Part shown: piece after piece, positions 59,301 to 64,000 of the stretch
Numbering within the stretch: position 1 is the stretch's first letter
How the letters are laid out: each line of letters starts with the position of its first letter
Virus record (IMG/VR): IMGVR_UViG_3300043543_000740
Length of the DNA: 64,000 nucleotides
Source of the DNA: an uncultured virus (IMG/VR IMGVR_UViG_3300043543_000740)
Taxonomy: Duplodnaviria; Heunggongvirae; Uroviricota; Caudoviricetes
Reading direction: 5' to 3' (one strand)
Position numbers and translations under genes: made by a program
The notes under the pieces: model-generated
What the model saw: only the letters and a program-made list of their open reading frames with translations
What the model was told of the DNA's origin: nothing
The model's database searches: none

Positions 59301-59602
59301 CAGGTAAGGGGGGAAGAGGGGACATCATGCGGATGGCCCCGTCTGATGCCCCTCGGTCTGCCGCCGAGGCCGCCTTGCGACGGGAAGCAGAATTGCGACA
59401 GCGAATCCTGGCAGATCGTCTTGCTGAGTTAGGTCACGGTGAGGGTGGTGCTGTCGGAAAGGGAGCGACCCGCCTTCCTCCTGAAGCAGCGAATGATCCC
59501 ACGGCCCGAGGTATGTGGGAAGAGTTGCAAAGGATTCGTCGCCAGATTGCTGACCTTCGCCGTAACCCGCCTTCTGGCCCCCGTGAAATGCTGGAACCTT
59601 GA
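56393..59602 (+). CDS. Rhs/YD-repeat polymorphic toxin with planctomycete export motif
   Basis: LEQLETRDCP, Ig-like domains, YD repeats, GLYYNRARY..DPLG..NLYRY..DPSGL. Confidence 0.92.
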   Translation: MRRSLSSWAKSIFPTAPTRPIRKPRSLTLEQLETRDCPTVLPPGGPEPQPPGPGFPPVANPDHFAFAPDAPIRISVADLLANDTAAPGVPLTVELLDSPAGGQLDLIDVGLWEYTPGTGFSGSDAFSYRLFDGTDYSLPALVTFEQQPTPPSTPATPTVTDVTEAWLTGFEDEALGSVTVAVFETAEADVLDWTASIDWGDGTTTTGQIVADGDGRFRVVGEHTYDAWGLYLVQVTLTDTVEETHDLYNLASIQFRNYTYTFTDPIGNSTQFVFAEGWQLTQEIDPLGNSTFYSYTTDGLLASRTDRLGRAITFDYGTDGVLLSQTWLAADLTTVVDTLSFSYTSDGLLLSASNGVGAYTFSWADGVLTGVTNPFGVTLTFGYDTDGRRTSVADSFGGLITSTYTDGLLSSRTLVAGALNLRVDLGYDADGVPTQISRFAGPLQELVSQTEYAFAQGLLASITHRGAGGVILDQFLYQFDEDGFLSQITSDFVGETDYAYDADGQLTGESSILVSSTFSYDANGNRVGGGYVVGPGNRLLADGTWSYSYDAEGNLVGKTHLVTGDSWTYSYDHRNQMTLAEKRDASGSVVLYAVYKYDVFGNRIEKAVDWDGDGPNTPVMTRYVLDGWNNMKPTPVGNEHFDVYAELDGTNQLIARYLHGDEFDQTFARVLVDGSTPEVHWLLADHLNSVRLVLDESGAVLDQIAYDAFGNIVAQLNPLLVNPILFASREFDAETGLYYNRARYLDPTTGCWTTQDPLGFAAGDANLYRYLNNSPTLATDPSGLIWYPGKYLYQMYSEYRRGQELDRQINQHRATQNLPPLPPPPHWARVAVTEFGDGLRIGFQANVNAVATAGRSLVTLGIWAEPWEVWAVDDVDRPFYEDGFLAARFGWELLPTAGIGKLTQVPGQMGRWGRYALYWDAGQNVVQVGRGGYDIYENGLTWTNGLQVGGLLGLGGNYTTWRRLPSVAPAGKGGRGDIMRMAPSDAPRSAAEAALRREAELRQRILADRLAELGHGEGGAVGKGATRLPPEAANDPTARGMWEELQRIRRQIADLRRNPPSGPREMLEP

Positions 59603-59610
59603 GGAAGATC

Positions 59611-59943
59611 ATGATGGAAAGAAAGAACGGTCGAATCGTCGGCGGCTCTTTCGATGAGCTTGTGGCGATGCTATCTTCGTCCAATCACTTCGACCGGGCT
59701 GAGGCGGCCAGGCTGCTCGTCAACATGCGGAAGGAGGCCATCAAGGCATTACCCGCACTTCTGGCTCTGCACAATGACCCCTGTGATCTGGTTCGCATTC
59801 AAGTACCCCGTGCGATTATTCACATGGAAGCTCGCCCTGATGAGGCTGCTGAGGTTCTACGCTGCCTTTTGAATGACAAGAACAAGATCGTCAGGCTGTA
59901 TGCTGAAGAAGCGCAGCAGTTTCTCACCCAGCGAACGTCATAG
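59611..59943 (+). CDS. HEAT-repeat protein, putative immunity protein
   Basis: Directly after Rhs; LHNDPCDLVR / LLNDKNKIVR; lower GC. Confidence 0.65.
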   Translation: MMERKNGRIVGGSFDELVAMLSSSNHFDRAEAARLLVNMRKEAIKALPALLALHNDPCDLVRIQVPRAIIHMEARPDEAAEVLRCLLNDKNKIVRLYAEEAQQFLTQRTS

Positions 59944-60092
59944 CTCTTTGTGTGCTGCTCGTCCCGAAGTACGCCGCCGCCTTTTCACCCCCCGGAGTCC
60001 CAATCAAGAACACAGGCCGGGGTAGCTACCAGCCTAGCCTGAAAAATGTTCACATCCACACGTTTCCCCGTTCCCACTCGAACCCGACCCGT

Positions 60093-60115
60093 TCCACACG
60101 GCTACCCCGTGAATC
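60093..60115. other. att junction (distal)
   Basis: TCCACACGGCTACCC-N6-TC. Confidence 0.85.
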
Positions 60116-61060
60116 CTTGCGGGTGAGCACCGGGTGCTCCTTCACCCAGATGATCGCCTGCGAAAAGTACAACTCGCAGGCCTTCAGCACCGGCGGGTAG
60201 TTGGCGCAGTTGGCGTAGCCGCCCCAGATGTAGAAGCCGCGGCCGGGCTCCAGCACGCGGGCGAGGTTCCCGAACCACGCGGCCAAGAGCCGGTCGAACT
60301 CGGCGTCGGAGACGAAGTCGTTGGCGAGCGGCCGGTCCTTGGCGCGGAGCTTCTTCCCCGTCGGTTTGGCCTTCTCGGGGTGGCGCTCGACGTCGAGCTT
60401 CTGGTGGTGGGTGGTGCCGGCGAACGAGGAGAGGCCGGCGGCGATGGCGTTGTTGGAACGCGGCTCGACCTTCACGTTGTACGGCGGGTCGGTGTTCACC
60501 AGGTGGATGCCCGCGCCGCCGAGCAACCGGTCCACGTCCGCCGGCTTGCTGCTGTCGCCGCACAGGAGGCGGTGGTCGCCCAGCACCCACAGGTCGCCCG
60601 GTTTGGTCGTCGCCTCGTCCGGCGGTTCGGGCACCTCGTCCGGGTCGGTCAACCCGTCCTTCAGGGTCGGGTCGAGCAGCTTCGCCAGCTCGTCCGCGTC
60701 GAAGCCGAGGAGCGCGAGGTCGTAGTTGGCCTCCTTCAGCCCGGCCAGTTCGATCGGGAGCAGGTCGTAGTCCCACGTCGCCAGCGACGCCGTCTGGTTG
60801 TCGGCGATCCGGTAGGCGCGGATCTGCTCGGGGGTCAGGTCCGTGGCGACGTGGACCGGCACCTTCTCCAGGCCCAGCTTCAGTGCCGCCTTGTAGCGCG
60901 TGTGGCCGACGACGATGACGCCCTCGGCATCGACGACGATCGGCTGGCGGAACCCGAACTCGCGGAGCGACGCCGCGACCGCATCGACCGCGTCGGCGTT
61001 ATCCCGCGGGTTGCCGGGGTACGGCTTCACGTCGGTGATCTTCCAGAGTTCGATCTTCAC
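60114..61060 (-). pseudogene. 5' part of the interrupted ParB-DNA methyltransferase
   Basis: Matches 4032-5342 up to HPVLTRKD, then diverges. Confidence 0.9.
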
Positions 61061-61280
61061 AGGTCGTCCCTCCAGGTTTCGCCGTGGTACAGCTCGATGG
61101 CGGTCAGCTCGTGGGCAGGTCGCCTCTCGACTCCGAACGGCTCGGTCGGCACGGGGCGGGCGCGGCGCGTCCCGGCCTCGCTGAGCTAGGCCGGGCGGCC
61201 GACGCATCGAAGGCAATAGGGGCCGTGCGGCGTGTCCCGACCGCACCCCTCACATCAGCGCATGGAGCACCTCTCCGAAG

Positions 61281-61365
61281 TCCGGACAGCGAAAACAAAC
61301 TGTGTCCTGTAGCGCGGCTGTTCCCCCTGGCGTCGCGGGCGAAACATGCGGCCGGGAGTACCTAT
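61281..61365. other. Candidate cos/packaging site of prophage B
   Basis: Same blocks and spacing as 5364-5448. Confidence 0.45.
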
Positions 61366-61487
61366 TGGACCGATCGACCTTCGGGGCGTAGCGGCATCGG
61401 CCACGCCGATGTTCGGATCTCACCACGAACCAGAAACGATGGATCGGCACCTCCAACACGATGAAGAACAAGAAGAGAATCCGAGGG

Positions 61488-61627
61488 GGAGGTAGTTCGT
61501 AGTTTTTGGTAGCCACCCTTTCTCTCCTCCAGCGCCGATCGCGCACACACGAGGTGGGTGCGAAAAACGACGAACTACCTCCTTCACGCGGAGACAAGGC
61601 GGGTACGAAAAACTACGAACTACCTCC
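61488..61627. repeat. Iteron-like repeats (candidate ori)
   Basis: AAAAAC(T/G)ACGAACTACCTCC at 61563 and 61608; inverted copy at 61488. Confidence 0.7.
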
Positions 61628-63721
61628 CGCGACCGCCGTCGCCACGTAGCGCACCCCGGGTGCCCCACCCTGGCGGCCGGATGGCTGGGTCACCTCGCGG
61701 ATGTCGCCGCACGCGACCAGGGCTTCGAGAATCTCGGCGCGTTCGCGGTTGGTGAACGCCCGCGTCTTGCCGTAGAGGTCGGAGCGGGTGATGCCGTGTT
61801 CGCCGGCGTCCGCCACCAGCCGGAGGACGCGCTTGCGGCGCGCGTCGAAGGGGTTCTCCGCGACCCAGCGGCCGGCGAGGAAGACCAGCCGTCGGGTCAG
61901 GTAGCGGCTGAGGTCGCACGCCCAGGTCGCGGCCGGCTCGTCGATGGCGGGGTTGCGGGCGTCGCGGCTGCACGCGTACAGCAAGGCCAACTTGCGGGCC
62001 TTCTCGGTCGCCCGCGTCCAGAGCGAGCCGAGCGGCTCGCCCAGGTCGCGCTGGGCCGCGTCCGCTTCCGCGTCCAGCGCGTCGAAGATGCCTTCTGCGG
62101 CCGTCGTTGCCGCAATCACGACCGGCTCGGGGTGCTCCTGGTTCAGGTTGCCCGACGGGTTGAACTCGGCCCAGTACTTCGCGGCACCGATCACGCCCTG
62201 CGGGATCGGCAGCCGCGCCGGCTTGCGTTTGGGCGGCAGCTCTTGAGCACACTCGAAGATCATGACCCGCGACAGGAAGCCGTCGGTGACGTTCTCGGCG
62301 GTGAACCCCTCGTAGAGCGACTGCGGCACGGTGGTCCCCCAGAGGCACGCGTGCGGCTGGTGGATGACCTTGTTCCGCTTGGCGTCCGCGTAGGCGTCGC
62401 CGAGGTAGACCGACGCCGAGCTGGTGAACAGCTTCATCAGGTTGGTCGCGATGTGGTACAGGTGCGGCGACCGACCCGGGTCCGCCAGCGTGCGCAGGAG
62501 ACGCCCCACCTCGTCGAGTTGGAACAGGATCGCCGGCTGCTGCTCGACGGCGGTAATGAGGCCCGCGTGCGACGCCAGCCCCTCGGGACCGGCGAGCTTC
62601 TCCGCGCCGGCGAGGAAGAGGATCTCCTTGTTGACCAGGCGGGCGCGTTCCTTGCCGCCGCCGGTCGGGCAGACGCCGAGGCAGTAGACGTTGGTGCGGG
62701 TATCGACCTCGTCGCGGACCTTGCGGCCGGTCAGCGTGCCCAAGAGCGCGAGTGCACCGGCCAGTGCCAGGACCGGCTGCCGGCGGAAGGCGGTGGCCAG
62801 GGTGTAATCCGTGACCTCGCCGACGAAGCCGGGGACGGCCAGAAGCGCTCCTGGGAACGGCCCCGGATCGGGCGGGCCGGCCGCGGCCGTGGGACACTGG
62901 AACGTCTGGTCGTAGTGGTTCTCGACCAGCGCGACCGACACTTCGTCGGGGCGGTAGCGGGCGACGCTCTCCGCGATCCGGTCCACTTCGCGTTCGGCCA
63001 GCGGCGGAACGCAGCGGACGCGGTTGGTCTGGTGCAAGGCGGCCGCGATCTCCACCCGGCCCATTCCGACGCGGCGCATGGTGCCGGCGAGTTTCGCCAG
63101 GGTCGCGTTGCGTTGGCCGGACGGGATCGGGTTGGCGTCCGGTACGCCCTGGCCCGCCGTCGGCGAACGTGGGGCCAACGGGGGCGTTCCTGTGGCCAAA
63201 CGGTCGAGTTGGGCGACGAGCCACGGCGGCGGTTCGGGCAACTGCTCCAGGCGGTCGTCGAGTTCGAGCGTGTCGGCCCAGCGGTACGGCCCTTCTTTGA
63301 TCTCGGACGGCGGGGCCACGATGTAGCCGCCGTCGGTGCGGACATCGACGCCGCAGGCGAGCTGGCCCGTCGAACACTTCCAGTTCTTGTCCGCGAGCCG
63401 CCGGAACAGGTAGTGCCGGCCGCCTCTTGGCGTCTGCGCGACCGCCCCGGCACCGGCCAGATCAGCGGCACGTTCGGGATCGCCGGGCCAGGGGTTGTCC
63501 GCTCCATCGATGTCAACGACGAGCATCCCCTCGGCCGCGATGCCGATGTTCGCGGTCGGGTGCCTCGACCACCACTTCTCGATCTGCGCGGCGTCGGTCG
63601 AGGCATCATGGAAACCGTGTTCAGTCACCGGCTTCTTGCTGCCGGGCCAACATGGGAACACGCGATAGCCAAGCTCGGCGTAGCGCAGTGCGGCGGTCAG
63701 CAGTTCGCCGGGTGTCACCAC
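61613..63721 (-). CDS. Bifunctional primase-polymerase / DUF3987-like protein
   Basis: Paralog of 5592-7727. Confidence 0.9.
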   Translation of the reverse strand: MVTPGELLTAALRYAELGYRVFPCWPGSKKPVTEHGFHDASTDAAQIEKWWSRHPTANIGIAAEGMLVVDIDGADNPWPGDPERAADLAGAGAVAQTPRGGRHYLFRRLADKNWKCSTGQLACGVDVRTDGGYIVAPPSEIKEGPYRWADTLELDDRLEQLPEPPPWLVAQLDRLATGTPPLAPRSPTAGQGVPDANPIPSGQRNATLAKLAGTMRRVGMGRVEIAAALHQTNRVRCVPPLAEREVDRIAESVARYRPDEVSVALVENHYDQTFQCPTAAAGPPDPGPFPGALLAVPGFVGEVTDYTLATAFRRQPVLALAGALALLGTLTGRKVRDEVDTRTNVYCLGVCPTGGGKERARLVNKEILFLAGAEKLAGPEGLASHAGLITAVEQQPAILFQLDEVGRLLRTLADPGRSPHLYHIATNLMKLFTSSASVYLGDAYADAKRNKVIHQPHACLWGTTVPQSLYEGFTAENVTDGFLSRVMIFECAQELPPKRKPARLPIPQGVIGAAKYWAEFNPSGNLNQEHPEPVVIAATTAAEGIFDALDAEADAAQRDLGEPLGSLWTRATEKARKLALLYACSRDARNPAIDEPAATWACDLSRYLTRRLVFLAGRWVAENPFDARRKRVLRLVADAGEHGITRSDLYGKTRAFTNRERAEILEALVACGDIREVTQPSGRQGGAPGVRYVATAVAGGSS

Positions 63722-64000
63722 GGAATTTTCTCCTCCGTGGGCGCCACGTTGTACCCGAACGGGAAGAGTTCTTCTTCCGGTGCCGCGGGCTCGACCGCTT
63801 CGGGGATCGGCCCGAGCTGGTGATCGGTGATGCGGTCGTAGTCCTCGCCGCTGACCGAGCGCACGGTGATCGACTTCGTGTCGGCCAGCCCGCCGGCTTT
63901 GGCAATCTCGACCGCCTCGGCTGCCGTCGCCGGCACCGGCATCTTCGACCGCTTCCTCCACCACGCGACCGCCTTGCCCCGCGCGTAGCCGGTGTGTTCG
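63715..64000 (-). CDS. SF2 helicase, C-terminal part (truncated by window edge)
   Basis: ITVRSVSGEDYDRI..FPFGYN..IPW, as in 7721-9418. Confidence 0.85.
   Translation of the reverse strand, partial: EHTGYARGKAVAWWRKRSKMPVPATAAEAVEIAKAGGLADTKSITVRSVSGEDYDRITDHQLGPIPEAVEPAAPEEELFPFGYNVAPTEEKIPW

Larger units (their letters stand above)
49500..60115. mobile_element. 10.6-kb capsid-encoding satellite-like integrative element
   Basis: Splits the MTase gene precisely; carries integrase, helicase, capsid and Rhs genes. Confidence 0.88.
20438..64000 (-). mobile_element. Prophage B (lambda-like siphovirus-type; continues beyond right edge)
   Basis: Primase, MTase, terminase, portal, capsid, tail and tape-measure genes. 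The left boundary is uncertain. Confidence 0.85.

Noticed and set aside
4854..63823. Many long antisense or alternate-frame ORFs (e.g. 4854-7760, 15997-18417, 28994-31039, 61796-63823)
   Set aside because: They are high-GC shadow ORFs overlapping motif-supported genes and have no recognisable domains.

Overview
High-GC, Planctomycete-like DNA (LEQLETR/VEAMEDR export motifs) made almost entirely of mobile elements. Two related lambda-like prophages lie in tandem, both transcribed mainly on the minus strand. Prophage A (about 1-18400) shows a serine-recombinase module, a QueC/Qat-like cassette, a sigma factor, replication genes, a ParB-methyltransferase and an accessory operon. Prophage B (about 20400 to >64000) shows replication genes, a methyltransferase, an accessory operon, terminase, head and tail genes, glycosyltransferases and an Ig-repeat protein. 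Highlight 1: five type II hammerhead-ribozyme motifs sit directly behind stop codons and punctuate the plus-strand accessory operons of both prophages, with covarying stems and a loop I/3'-tail pseudoknot. Highlight 2: a 10.6-kb satellite-like element (49500-60115) is inserted at a GA crossover inside prophage B's DNA methyltransferase gene. It encodes a serine integrase, helicase, protease-capsid fusion and Rhs toxin-immunity pair, and it shares a cos-like site and a promoter/HARE-HTH unit with the prophages. All protein calls come from recognising motifs by eye, not from database searches.
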